Positions 27,123-41,212 of a DNA stretch of 64,000 bases are shown one piece after another (the stretch's first letter is position 1; every line of letters starts with the position of its first letter). The stretch covers positions 1-64,000 of the forward strand of contig NGBS01000035.1 of assembly GCA_002245135.1 (NCBI GenBank), given 5' to 3'. The translations under genes were made by a program, and so were the position numbers. The stretch comes from Proteromonas lacertae (taxonomy: Eukaryota). Below the pieces are notes generated by a model, which searched no databases, had not been told where the DNA came from, and was given only the letters and a program-made list of their open reading frames with translations.

Positions 27123-27898
27123 ATTCAATACTACAAAAATTAAATAATCTGTTTTTGAATATATATCTTATTTAAATCTAAACTAATCACTACACTTTAT
27201 ACCTGACAGAATTTTTACAGGTTTTTTACATAAAATCATATTCCTTTATTATACCATCATTTTATAATATCTACAAATATAAACTTTCTGAGATAATATT
27301 CTATCAAATCTCTAACGGATAAAGAAAATAAATCATTAACACACATATTCCATTATCTTCCTAATTATAACATCATTCAAGAAATAATTCAAATATTTAA
27401 CACATTTATTTCAACATATCTTGTTTATCTAAATCAATTAATTAATTATCTCCAATTATTGACTCTTTATAACTATCAATCCAATAACAACTACATGATA
27501 TATTGATATAACTACGGAATAACCTTCAACGATATTTGATTAGGGAATTTTTAATTCATTATGTCTTTATTCATCATTCTGTTTTCTATTACTTTAAATA
27601 TCTCATCTATAATGTTTTATCATCTTGAACTCTTACCAACACACTTTTGTAACTAATAATCTCATTCTTTATCTATTCTTATATAGAATATGCTCGTATA
27701 CATCATAGTTATTTCCAAGAAGCGATTTATAATCTTCTATTTGCATTCTGGAACAAGATTTCAGAAAAAGAAAAAATTGAAACGATTAAAAACGAATATA
27801 ATTATATTTATGAATAAAAACAATTCAGAGAAGCATTTACATAGAATAACACACATATATACAACAACAACAGAAATATTAAAAAGAAAAATAAGTGA

Positions 27899-30800
27899 TT
27901 ATTTGATATAACTCTTCAATTCTTCAAATTTTGTTAATAAATTCTTATAACCATCAAAATTACCATATTTTTCTTTACCTTCAATCAACACTGGATCAAT
28001 AAACATCTTTAATTCATTTCTATACATAAAATAAACATAATTCATAATAATTATATACAAATGAGAATTTTCTATATCTTTTATATTCATTTCCATCAAT
28101 TTAATCATACCTATACATAAATCACTAAACAGATTTTCATTATCTTTCCACTGAGATTGTTTTAAGTTTCTACATTCAGTCATATAACAATTCTTAGCTT
28201 CACTAATTCTTTTTGTACTTTCATTAAATAAACCATAAATATACCATACTTTATAATTACACTTTATCTATTACAATATAATAATAAATACTGATATATA
28301 TATTTATACTTCAGATGTTATTCTTTTCAGTAATTCTCCACATTTATTAATCAAAAACACTTTCGTTATTGATTCTTCTTCTTCAATTGTTGTTGTTGTT
28401 GATGTATTTTCATTATTATCATTTGCTTGTTGAGATTGTTCTTGTTGTTCTTGTTGTTGTATAGATCGATCATTATCTTCCAATTCTTCTAAAATTGGTT
28501 TTAATTCATTCATATTCAATATTATCTCATCATCATCATCGTTTTTATTCTTATTATCATCTTCATCATCATCATCTTCATCAGTTTTATCATTTTTATA
28601 ATTCAATATTCCATTGATTAAATCATACAATATCTTATCATTCACTTCATATCCAACAGAAGCGTCATTCTTCTTCTTCTTCAAATCAATTAATCGATTG
28701 ATAGACACAATACATTGTCCATATTGATGTGAAGCTAATGAAATCACTTCCATATTCTCCCAACATCTCCAATTATCATATAACAATTTACAAGCAATCA
28801 TTTGAGGTTTATAAGCATATAATGGCTTCTTTAATTGTAATAATATTCCACTGATATTTGCCCAAGCTTCACCATTATTTGGATCTATTACTACTACTCT
28901 TGTGAAGGCTTTAAGTGCTAAATTATAATCATCAATTCTCATTGCGCAGATTCCTAATAAAAATTGAGTTTCTTCATTTAAACTATTAATTGAAGTCTAT
29001 ATAATAACAAATATAAATAATTTATTAATATAAAATATATAATACTGCTAATTTAAAATGTTCAGTTGCTTCTTTAAAATCTTCTTTATTATAATAATAT
29101 TGACCTAATAACCTTTGAGCTCGACTGTATTTGTGCTTACTTAATTCCCATGATTCTTCAAAATACTTTGGATTGTTTTCTATATCACCTAATAAGCAAT
29201 ATAATTCAGGATCTCTTTCATGTTTTAATCTTTCCATTATCTATTATTTTTATAAATAAAAATACTAAAAAATATATATTTTTATACTATTTCTTTTGCT
29301 TGACTATTTTGTCCACTAATCATTTTACATACAATCATTTTATTATAAACTTTCAACTGTTTATATATTTCAAATGCAGATTCACTTATTCCACAAGCTA
29401 AATATCTCTTAGCGAGTGATTCTAATAATAACCATCTTGGTGGAAATGGAGTTTCATGAATAAACTAAATAATAATAATAATAATAATAATATATATATA
29501 TATATACTAATAATCTTCTATCAGCTTTCTCAGATTCTTCAATTGTCTTTTTATTTGACTGAGTTAATGTCAAATTATTCGTATGTTGATCAATTAACAC
29601 TTGTAATTGTAAAAGTGATCTTTCTTTCATGCTATTATTCTCAAATTCAACCAATGAACGTAAATATAAACCTAATGAATAAACCATCCAATTGGTTGGA
29701 TGAATTAATGTCCTTTCAATATATGGTTTCATTTGTTCATTTACTAGTCCTTGTTTGGCATTACTATTCTTGATATTGAGGCAATAACATAATATAATAA
29801 TCTATTTTAATATATATATATATATATATACTTGATCTATAGTTTTAAGTGATGTTGGATGTAAAATATCTTCATCTTCAGTATTATATTTTATTTTTTC
29901 TAATAGAATTGTATCACTTTCACTCTCTTCATATGTATAATTACGAGGTAATGCTTCTATTTTGTCAGTTTCTGTGTCTTTCTCTGAACTTTTAGCTTTT
30001 ATTACTAATTTACTGAATTCAATTGTTTGATATTTTGTGGATTTACTTAATGCTCCTGATTCTTCAAGTATTAAACCAGAAGCTATAATTATAAACAATA
30101 GAATATAATAGAGAATATATACATTCTTTAGCTTTTTTAAAATATTCTAAACTTTTGTTTATTTCTCCAATCTTATTCTTATAAATTCCATATTCAATAA
30201 ATAATCTAATTTTAATAGGATTCTTCTCAGGTAAATTGCTAAGTAAATAACTGTAATTATTATTTAATTCTTTGATTAAATAGTCTGGAAAATCAGAAGT
30301 AGATTGCATTGTTTCTAAGTGTCGATCTAATAAACCAAATAAATAAATATATATATATATACATCCTGCTCTTGTACACCATAATTCTAATGATGGAATT
30401 CGTAGTGATTCTTCTGTTTGTTGTTGTTGTTGTTGTTTTAATAAACACACAATAATTGAATGACTCATTATTAAATATTCACTACATTTAATCAAAGGAT
30501 ATGCTTTCTATATATATAATAATATAATAATAATATAATATACAAGTGAATCAATAGATAATAATAGAGAAATTCTCATTTCTAGACAATTATCATCATC
30601 TTTTACTATTTCTTCTTTTTCTTTGTCATTTTTTTTATATTCTTCAAAATATTTGATATTTGTATATTTCTGTATTTCATCTTCTTCGGGTAATGGACCA
30701 GTATAATTGATTTGGAGATAATATTCTAAGTAACTGGCACTTAATAAAAGTAGGAGAAAAGATCTGTATTTCTCTTGTAGTTTACTCATTCCTTCATTGA

Positions 30801-31204
30801 TAAATGTATTTACTTCATGTTCTAACATATTAACAAACGCAGGAAAACTGTTAATATTCTTTGAAATTGTGTGAATTGAAGACTTTTGAGTTAAGAAGCT
30901 TTTAAAAATTGGAGAGAGAAAAACTTTTGGGTAATTTGCTTCTACAATGAATTTACTCAAATAGAGTACTTCACATTCTAAAGTTCTGAATTCTACATCT
31001 TCACAATCATCATCATCAGTCAAAATACGAGGATTTGATTTAATTAATTCATCAATAGCACTTTTATTGTGTAATATTACATAATCAGCTAAATCCACCA
31101 AATTGAAACTTTCTTTATCTTCAGCCCTATTTATAGATTAGAATAGAAGTGAAATACATAGGAACTGGTGGTATTCCTTCTAAAATATCAAAATCATCAT
31201 CCAT
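27899..31204 (-). CDS. TTC27: Tetratricopeptide repeat protein 27 (Emw1-like), about 10 exons
   Basis: YLQINYTGP, NWMVYSLGLYLRSLVE..ERSLLQLQVLIDQ, PPRW, LYCLLGD, SWELSKHKYSRAQR and EAWANIS. Exons join in frame through GT-AG introns. Confidence 0.85.
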
Positions 31205-31400
31205 TCAATAATAATACAAAATGTAAAGTGTATTTAAATTGTGTATTTGGTGTATTTATTAGTTTAGGTTATTGAAAATTTACCCAAAAAGTAACCGATT
31301 CTTATCGTTTCATTTCCTTATTACATAGATCAGCGTTTTATCAACAGCTTATTATCTTGTAAACCATCGAAATCAATAGGAATATTATAGAAAGAAGAAA

Positions 31401-33751
31401 ATGACGGAAGTTACAGAAGATGTTAATGATAAAGTGATTTATGAAGGCTATATGAAAAAACAAGTATAATAAAAATTAACTTATATATCCTAGAATTATT
31501 TTAAAAAATGGCAAGACTATTGGTTTAGGCTGTACAACGAAACACTTCACTATTATATATCCAATGATTCTTATTCATCCAAAGGCTTTATCGCAATTAG
31601 AGATATGACAGACATTCGTACGACTTCTGTGAAGGATTATGATTTTTGTATTTTCATTTCGACAGTAACAGGTTCCTCTTTTTACCTAGCAACCAAATCA
31701 TCAGCAGGTCAAAGAGTATGGTTTCAACATCTTTGGAAGACGCGAAACAAAGTTATTGCCGAAATTGGTAGAGAAACTCTAAAGAATGAAGATAGTGAAA
31801 AAATGAAGGTGTTTAGTGATGAAGATATATATAGAATATGTAGTTTTATACTAAGTCCCAGTAATGCTTCACAACTGAGAGATTACCTAAAATTGCTAAA
31901 GAATTGTACTGAATATCTTAAAGTAGATGAATTAGAAAAATTTAGAGATAAATTTATAAATATAATAAACGATAGTAAAGAAACTAATAAAACATTATGG
32001 ACACACGGTATGGAAAGAATAAGCGACCAGATCTTACACAATATATCCAAAGATTATATAGAAAAAGTAAAACAAGCAATTGCCAATAAAGTACCAGGTA
32101 CAGAAAAGGATGAAGAGAAGAAAAATAACATGGTAGTTGCACAGATTATAAACATTGAGAAAATTTATAAGTTTGGTAGAAGGCTTGGTTCTGGGACCTT
32201 TAGTACAGTTCATATTGGTCAGGACAAGAGGACTGGTGAAAAATTTGCAATTAAATGTATTAGAAAGTGTAAATTATCGAAAGATGATTTGAATGGATTA
32301 TTTGTATATATCAATTTCTTTATTTTTTAATATTTTTATATATAGATGGAAGTAGATGTAATGGTTCGTTTAAAATCCCATCCTAACATAGTCAATTTCA
32401 TAGGATTTTATCAAGATGTAAAGTATTATTATTTAGTACAAGAACTTTGTTTAGGTGGAGAATTATTCAGTAGAATAGTGGAAAGAACTTTTTACAGCGA
32501 GCTTGAAGCTCGAGGAATTAGTCGAACATTAATAGCGACAATTGGTTACTGCCACATGAAAGGGATAGTTCATCGTGATTTAAAGCCAGAGAATATATTG
32601 CTTTCTACTAGAGATGACGATTATTCATTAAAAGTAGCTGATTTTGGCTTTGCTAGACAAGTTGCTTATTCGAATAATAATCTCTTAAAAACAAGTTGTG
32701 GATCTCCAGGTTATGTAGCTCCAGAAATATTGTTAAAACAACCTTATGGTCCAAGCGTTGATATGTGGAGTTTAGGTGTAATTATATATATATTATTATG
32801 TGGATATCCTCCATTTCATAGTGATAATCAATCTGTGTTATTTAGTTTAATAAAGAAAGGAGAATATGTGTTTGATTCTCCATATTGGGATCATGTCAGT
32901 ACAACTGCAAAGGATTTAATTTCACATTTGTTGGTGGTTAATCCTGAGGAAAGATTTACAGCCAAACAAGCATTAGAACATCCTTGGTTGAATTTTGATG
33001 AAGATTCAAATAATAATTTAAGAAAAATAACCAAAACACCTCAAGCTAATTTAGAATCTGCTATTCATATGTTGGAACAATTTAATGCACGAAGGAAATT
33101 CAAATCAGGCGTTAGAGCTGTAATAAGTGGTATAAGAATACGAAAAATGACAGCTGAGTTATCTAAAATGAAGCCAAGTATAATGAATGATCAAACAAAA
33201 GATAGACCAAATGTTTATTTATCTACTGTTGATAAGAAAGGTATATATTTATATATATTAATATTATTCATTTATATATAGATAAAAATTTCAAACATTT
33301 ACTTCGTTCTTCACCTGAATTTCTTTCTCCAGTGATTGGTGAATTACCTCCAGGTGTTTCGCTGCTTATTGAAGATGATGTAATCAACATATATGGCTGG
33401 TGGTTAAAAATAATACCATCCTGCTTAATGAAGTATAATATAGTTGCAAATTCAGATGTATATGTAATGGCTCAACCTCCTGCTTATTCTGTATATTTTG
33501 AACGTCAAATTGCTTTGAAATACCGATCTTTACTTTCAATTGATGATTTACATATAGTAAGAGAAGATCCAAGTAATAATAGTCCAGAATTAGGAAAGAT
33601 AGAAGGTGAAAGTGAAGTATTAGGTATTATGACAACAACAAATATTGATGGTGAATGGTTACAAGTTTATGGAACTCAATTTAATGAAAGTAGAGAAGGT
33701 TGGACTTTAATTAATGATAATAAAACTAAATTTTTAGAAAGAGTTGAATAG
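31401..33751 (+). CDS. PH domain + CaMK-family kinase + two C-terminal SH3-like domains
   Basis: PH motif EGYMKKQ..FKKWQDYWFRL...WFQHL. Kinase LGSGTFSTV, GGELFSRIV, HRDLKPEN, DFG, CGSPGYVAPE. CaM-binding-like FNARRKFKSGV. Three GT-AG introns. Confidence 0.9.
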
Positions 33752-34005
33752 TATATTATAGTAGTATTTCTTTTTTTCTCTCTGTTTTTCATTTTTTTAA
33801 ACAAAATAACAATTAATTATATAATATTAAAATAATCATCAAACAGTTCTATCTTTTCTTCTTATGAAATTACTTCTATTTTTATTAATTTAATATGTAA
33901 AATAGTTATTCATTTTCTTTTTTACATAAAGATAAAGAATGAATATTACAACCAACAATCAAAAAATTTAATAAATAAAATGATTATATAAGGAAAAATT
34001 ACATT

Positions 34006-36895
34006 CTAGATCAATATCTTCTTATCACAATTACATTTTCCACTTAAACCAACTATTATATTCGATAATAATATCCATATGCAAGCAGCTGGTAATATTA
34101 CGAAATTATTATCAACCACAAAGAAATAGGAACAAACCATAATCCATTCTGTAACAACACATAAATACTTCTTTCTTCCAAAATTTGATTTACTTTTATT
34201 TTCATAATTATTTAAATTACTACTTATAATTCCTATTTTATTAAATTTTAAATCATCAATTTCATTTATATATTCTATATTATTATTATTATTATTGCCA
34301 CTCTCAATATCATTATTAACATTATCTTTCTCTTCATATTCTTTATTATTATTATATAATGATTTTGTACTATAATCAATGGAAGGAGGTTCTTCTCCAA
34401 TAATATCACAATGCTGAGGAGATTTGTAACTACATTCACTTTTATTATTATTATTATTACTATTTACACACTCTTCAACCGTTAGTGGAACTCTTAATTC
34501 ATCTATACTACAGCTTTCTTCTGTTTTTAAAGGAATATAAAACTCTTCTCTGAAACTATCAATCCCATATCGATATAAACTATTATAAGCAAATAATATT
34601 GGGATTTCCATGATTATGGAATATAAAAACACAATCATTTCTTTCCATTCATAACTTTTTGGTGGTGATTCTAAGAAATTTAATTCTAAACTATAAAGTG
34701 AAAATTGTTCAAAAAATAATGCAAATCTTAGACCACTAAATAGAGCATAACGGAAGAAATGATCATCTTCACAACTAAAATCAATTATTACTAAACATAG
34801 CACTTCATAAATAACCAAATTCAAATGAAAGAATATTAGCAGGAATTTAAATATTTCATTTATTTCATATAATCCTGTTATAGATTCAGGATATAGAAAT
34901 AAAACAAATGCTCCAGATCCAATTACAGTAATAATGCAAATACCATAATATTTATAATGATTATTCCAACTCTTAGATAGTTTTTTATCCTTGTGGTTAT
35001 TCTTCTTATTATTATTATCTCTTTCTCCATATGCATCTTCATTATCTTCTTCATCTTCATTATTTCTATTATTTCCATCATTTTCTATATTTTTATGTCT
35101 TAATTGAATCTTTCGATGATTTTTATAATATTCATGTAATATTTTCATTAAATAATATATAAATGCTAATGGAATTAATAAAATAATTCCAAAGATATAT
35201 TCTACAGTAAAAATTCCAATTCCTGCACTGTATAAAGTAATAAAACCAAATATATTTGGAGCTGAAATATTCAAGAATTGTATTTGTGTGAAATATGATA
35301 TTGTCTGTAATATACATGTAATAATAATAATATATTTAAAAACAAATGTACTTTTAATAGAATAAAAATGATTTAATGGATTTAAAAAATCACAGAATCC
35401 CCATTCTACTCAGTTTTTCATTCTTTTGATTATTTAATAATCCATAAATAACCACATAAAACAATACTATAACAGCAGAATTACTAGAAGGCGCATAATT
35501 CAATGATAATCTTGCAAAATAAAAATTGAATGGAATTTTATCTTTTTCACCATTATATCCTATCAATAAATCTTCATACAAATTTTCATAGTCTTTTGCT
35601 GGAGGTAATAAACTATCAGCTAATAGATCAACCCTTTCATATCGATCATTAAACAAATTATGACTTTTATTATCATAAATTCCATATAAAGACAATGATA
35701 ATTTCTCAATCCATTTGTTACAGTAGACTATACCATGGTGATCTACAGTATCTCCAATATTTGGTATATAACTTGTCATTACTGTAAATCCATATTTTGG
35801 CTGAATTATTCCATCAATTATTAAAGTTGGTGGATCTACAATAATATCAGTTCTTCCTCCACTGATTGACACTACATTTATGTTTTCAACTTTTTTAATT
35901 AAATCAGAATGATTGGATGAAAACAAGTCAATTATTGCAGTTTTCCTTTGTGGTGCATCTTTATTATAATAATCTTGGATGTCTTTTCATTAGCTGAAGA
36001 TGTGAATTATTCTTTAAATGTGTCGCTTCATAGTAAATTGAATTCATTTTATTGAATGTTGAAACTAAATCATAATCCCAACTAACAGGGACTAAAAACA
36101 TGAGGAGAAGACAATGTGATTATTAATGCAATAATTGAATCATCACAATCTGTTGTTATTGGAACATATCTGGCGACTGTACCACCCATACTATGACCGA
36201 TTAATATAACTGATTTAATACTTGGATAACTATTGAATAAGAAGATAAAATGAAAATAAATAAATAAATACTAATGTAAAACATTATAAATTACATCACA
36301 TACAAACGTGGCTTGATTTCGTATTATTATTCCTGAAGTAAATGACATTTCATGATTTAAATCAATTGTATAAAAGTCATATATGTTTTCGCTATAATTG
36401 TTATACTGTATTTGTTGAGATATTGATCCTAATGATTCAACATTTTCAAACGCTCCTCTACTCCCTGGAATGAATATTATTGGTTGAACTGCATAATTGG
36501 ATGTGCTATATGGTACATCTTTATCAAAATAACGAAAAAGCCGGTATTTATATGACCATCTATGAATTTCACTATTTATATATATATAAACAATTATACT
36601 TTGTCAGATGTACGATTATAAACTGAACGAACAGTAAATTCTTGATAAAATGGATTTCTATGAATAAAATGAGTAAATAAGAATCGGAAATAAGATAGAT
36701 TAAAATTATAGATATATTAAATACGATTTTACATGTTCACACAGAGTTTCTCCATTTTGTATATCATATAGCATGTAAACATAACCTCGTGCCATTACGA
36801 TAGAAACAATTATACAAATAGTCAGAACAACTAATTTAACACATAATCTATTAGTTATAAATATTTATAGAATGATACTCGCAGTTATTGGACAT
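34006..36895 (-). CDS. PGAP1: GPI inositol-deacylase-like alpha/beta hydrolase with multi-TM C-terminus; several +1 frameshifts in this assembly
   Basis: N-terminal TM, PIIFIPGSRG, DFYTIDLN, lipase motif ILIGHSMGG, ITLSSPH, VSISGGRTD and VDHHGIVYC, then several TM helices. Frameshifts near 36600, 36090, 35985 and 35400. Confidence 0.75.
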
Positions 36896-37072
36896 AAAAG
36901 ACAAAAAGAATAAGAGAACCTCAAGCCTAAATGTTTGATATTTTATTTTGACTAAGTTGGGATAGAAGAAAGCTTAGCTAAAATAACTACAATTTTATTT
37001 TTAATATCATTCAAAGAAATTGATTAATAATATATAAAAGTATAATAAATATTAAATTATTCAAATCTCTTT

Positions 37073-37728
37073 CTAAACTACTGGTGGAGGCAAAGGTTTA
37101 TTATCTGGAATACATTGCAACAGTGCAATTGTCCATTCCTGCAACAATATAAAGAATTTATTTTCATCTTCACTCAACTAATTAATAAATATATAATTCT
37201 ATTATAAATATACTGCTAATAAACTACATCTTTTCAAAACCTTCAAATCGATATTATAAAAATTAAACATCTCAACTCCTTTTCAAAAATTCATTATCCA
37301 AATAATCCTGTAATTGTCTCCATTGTATTGTTTGTGGAATATAAGTGATTTTATAATTCAATAACTGTAAAACATTATAAAATAACAAAATTGAATTTTC
37401 TGAAGGATTTTGAATTTTTAAAGTTTGAATATCTGTTTGAAGCAACATCATCTTCTTTTCTACAAATAAATAAATAAATAACTTATATATATATACGATG
37501 ATAAACGTTATTAGGATATAATATTTGACATACATTCTGTTCACTCTTAATTCTATTCTTCTTGTTGTTAGAGTTATTATTGATTGTCATTTTCTGCTCA
37601 TTTTTAGTATATAGTTTTGGTCTGTTCATTTTTTCTCTTTTATATGATTTCTCTGGAGGTCCAAGTCGTCTTAAATTGACTGTATCATTATCATTATATT
37701 CACTTATTTCAAGTACATTTGTAAACTG

Positions 37729-37761
<33 letters not shown>

Positions 37762-38717
37762 TCGTCTGTATTTGCGATAGAAATAACAATAAGATAAGAT
37801 TATAATGATTATCACTAAAACAATAAAACCAACAATTGATAAACTCATAATTAGAATTTTCTTACTTTTATAAGGATCTATATATATATATAGAATAAAA
37901 TATAATATTATTTATACCAGTATTTGAACACAATAAAAAAGTAATATTTTTAATAGAATTTTTATATATTGTTTCATTCCAATTAATGAATTCAATCACA
38001 TAATATCGATATATCCGTTCAGTGTAATTCAAATTAGAATTATCAAATTGTGGTTGTATTTTTCCTTTGTATAATAATGTTAAATTGTTATCATGCATTG
38101 AACCATATATATTTAATATTGGAACAACTGTAATTGTATAAGTTTCAATAAGAATTTCAGTAATTGAAGAATAAACTGAAAAACTGTTATTCTTATAGAA
38201 TTTCACTTTTATTGAGTAGGATGGTTCAGCAGTGAAATTTATGAAATACCTTACATATGTAATTTTAGGAGATGTACAACCTTTCTCTCTATTACTGCTT
38301 AATTGAGGTTTTTTGAAATTAATTGGATAATTGCTTTTCCGTTGATGGAATACCAATGTATTGTGTGAAGGATCAAGATATCTATTACTGCTTTTTAATA
38401 AAAATGTGTAATTCAGGTTCTCTTTGTTATACCACAGAAATAATTCATTTAAAAATATATCCATTGATGTGCTCTTCGAAAATAAAATATCTACCGATGA
38501 AAATGTTTCAGGAGGATAAGTTAAAGAAAAGATACCCATATACCATATTTCTTCGTTATCTGACATTATATCTGTATCCCAATTCTTCCATGACTTCGAA
38601 TCATGTGAATACATCCACTGAACAGTGTAATTAAAGTGATCTAACAATGTATCTGTAATAAGTCGCCTTAAAAATCAGCAAATTGAGTAGAAGAATCAAC
38701 ATAATACAGGTATACAT
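37073..38717 (-). CDS. Uncharacterised single-pass membrane protein (multi-exon)
   Basis: Hydrophobic N-terminus, ~260 aa ectodomain (ORF 37868-38647), TM SLSIVGFIVLVIIIIILSYCYFY and cytoplasmic tail. Apparent indels near 38661 and 37281. Confidence 0.55.
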
Positions 38718-38851
38718 TAATTATACTGAGTATTGTGATAATCTCTCTTATTGTAAATTTGGTTTAAAAAAACTTTTCGAATGAATATAAATCCCCAAAA
38801 TATTAAAAAAGTGAATAATAATACGAAAATTAAAAAGATAAATATATAAAC

Positions 38852-39537
38852 TTATGGAGATGCAGTATCATCAGGTTTCTTTACAGCTGTAAACAATTTG
38901 AATTCATTTGGTAATTCTTCCTCTGAATAAAGACGATCAGAGAAGTAAATTCTTCGTATTCTGCAGTTGGCATGGATTTGTACACGTAAAGTTTCAATAT
39001 AATTTGTACCATAAGCTCTACGCGTGAAATCAGAAAGATTAAATTGAATTTGATTCCATCCATCATCTAATCTCATTGGCATTGTACATATAAATGGCTT
39101 GACTCGTGTGGTTGATTGATAGTTTGAGGCTCTGAATCTTCTTCTTACGTTTTTATCATCCAATACTTGAACTTCAAAAGTAAAGTATTTTTTCATCTAT
39201 TTTAAAAATTATAAATACATCAAAAAATACATTTTTTATAATCATTACAAGGAATGGTAATTTAATTCCTAGTGTTTTGTTAGGATTTGCTGGACATGTG
39301 ATAAAACAGGTACTGACGTTGGTACCACAAATTTCAAGTACGCTACTGTTAATATCCTGATCAGTGATTCTCTTAATGTGTCCATTTCTTACCTGCTTAT
39401 CCCAAATTTGTAACGGTTTGCTTCTATAAAGAATATAAGCAAAACGAATTTAATAAATGGATAGCTTATAAAATATTATTATACCCGATACTATATAGGA
39501 TTGATAAAAAGCCTGATTGGTATTGGTTCTTAAACAT
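38852..39537 (-). CDS. CFAP20: Cilia- and flagella-associated protein 20 (BUG22), 3 exons
   Basis: [39 protein letters not shown]...[49 protein letters not shown], closely matching the conserved family sequence. Confidence 0.97.
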
Positions 39538-39864
39538 TGCTTCAACAAGTACAAGATTATTCTATGATAATATATATATGGTTCTTAAAGAAATGTTATA
39601 TAGATAAGGTAAAAAGAAAAGCTGGAAATGAGATATACTTAAAAGAATATGATAGTGAAAGAAACGTTTTTTGCAAAATAGATTTTTATAAATAATTATT
39701 TTGAATATATATTAAATTAAAATCTATTTTGAACAACATTATTCAGCTTGACTTGAACAGATTATGTTTTTTTTGCTTTTTTTTCTTGATATAAGTGATC
39801 CAATAGTCTTGTAATATTAATATATATATATATATATTATTCAATTGTTAAATAGTAAAATACT

Positions 39865-40407
39865 ATGTTAGCTCCAAGGTATCATAATCATTCTACTCCT
39901 CAGTATGTAATTGAAGAAGCAATTAAAATATTGAATCCACAGAAAGATGATATTTTGAGTGATTTAGGATGTGGTGATGGAAGAGTGTTAATACATACTG
40001 CAAAAACTTGTGGATGCAGATGTATTGGATATGATATAGTGGTAGAAAAAGTAGAGGAGTGTAGAGTATAGAATTTTTGTATAGTTAAATTTACATAGAA
40101 ACTAATAGTTGAAGAAAAATTAGATAATTTAATATCTATTGAGTAGAATTTAATGTTTATTTAATATTATAGATGTAAAAACGCTTTAGATTGTGATTTA
40201 TCAACCAGTAATTGTTTGTTTCTGTTTCTAACAAAACATGGATTAAAAACAATCTTACCACAGATAAATAATCAAATGAAATTACCAGGAAGTAGAATAG
40301 TCACTTATTTATACTCAATTCCAGGAATTAGAATCACTAAAACTGTATGGTGTACCAATCCAACAAATTCTGATATAAAATTCCCAATATTCTATTATGA
40401 GGTATGA
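39865..40407 (+). CDS. Small class I SAM-dependent methyltransferase (FAM173-like)
   Basis: DLGCGDGRVL, CIGYDI, FLFL and PGSRIVTYLY motifs; two short introns. Confidence 0.8.
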
Positions 40408-40561
40408 TCATAAGAAATATGTAATATTAATAGCTTCCTCTTGAGAACCTTGAAAAATGTGAATAATAATAGATGTAAATAAGTTAATCTAATCTTTTTT
40501 TAATTTTGTGGTTATTGTGAATATTTTTGAGAAACCAAATTTAATATTTAAAAATTCAAAA

Positions 40562-41102
40562 ATGCAGAATCAATCAACCAACGATAATCATATAGATATA
40601 CCAAAACAGTTTAACATACCTATAATACAACAATCACAGCATTTAAACGAAGAAGGCTTCTCATCATTTTCTAAAGATGAACAGGAACAGTTGATAAAAT
40701 ATCTAAAAGTATTAAATATTCATAATGTAAAATAATACTGAGTAGAAGAAAGATGAAGATAATAATTCCAAAATATCTGCAATTATTGCAAAAACGGAGG
40801 AAATAGTAAATGAAACAACTCAAGAATGTGTATAATATATTATTACTAAAGTAATATAGATGAAAAGTTTAGAAGAGAAAGAAGAAGAAATAAATTATTT
40901 AAAAGAAGAAAATGAAAAGCTTCAGAATGAATTAGAAGCAACAGCTGATGATAAAGATCAAGAAATAGACAGATTGAGAAGAGAAAAGAATGAATTAATA
41001 ACCAAATACAATAAATTACTCTCTGTGTATAAAGAATGTTATAGTAAGTTGAAATGGTATGATGAACTAGAAGGTAGATACAATGGAAATAAAATAATTT
41101 AA
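40562..41102 (+). CDS. Small coiled-coil protein (3 exons)
   Basis: ORFs 40508-40735 and 40860-41102 linked by GT-AG introns; E/K-rich heptads. Confidence 0.55.
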
Positions 41103-41212
41103 ATAATCATTTATAAAAACATAATTTTAATCAAATGAATCATTATATATATTATTACTATTTATTTTAGTGTAAAAAAAAACGTACTGATATATAAAAA
41201 TAGCATTCCTAA

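Noticed and set aside
27123..27898. ncRNA or snRNA in the longer intergenic spacers (also 2660-3400)
   Set aside because: No tRNA, rRNA or U11/U12/U6atac-like sequence recognisable; a covariance-model search is needed.
36848..36878. PGAP1 first intron starting GTATCATT as a GT-AG U12 intron
   Set aside because: It is 31 nt like the major class and lacks the C(C/T)TTAAT branch motif seen in the AT-AA introns.
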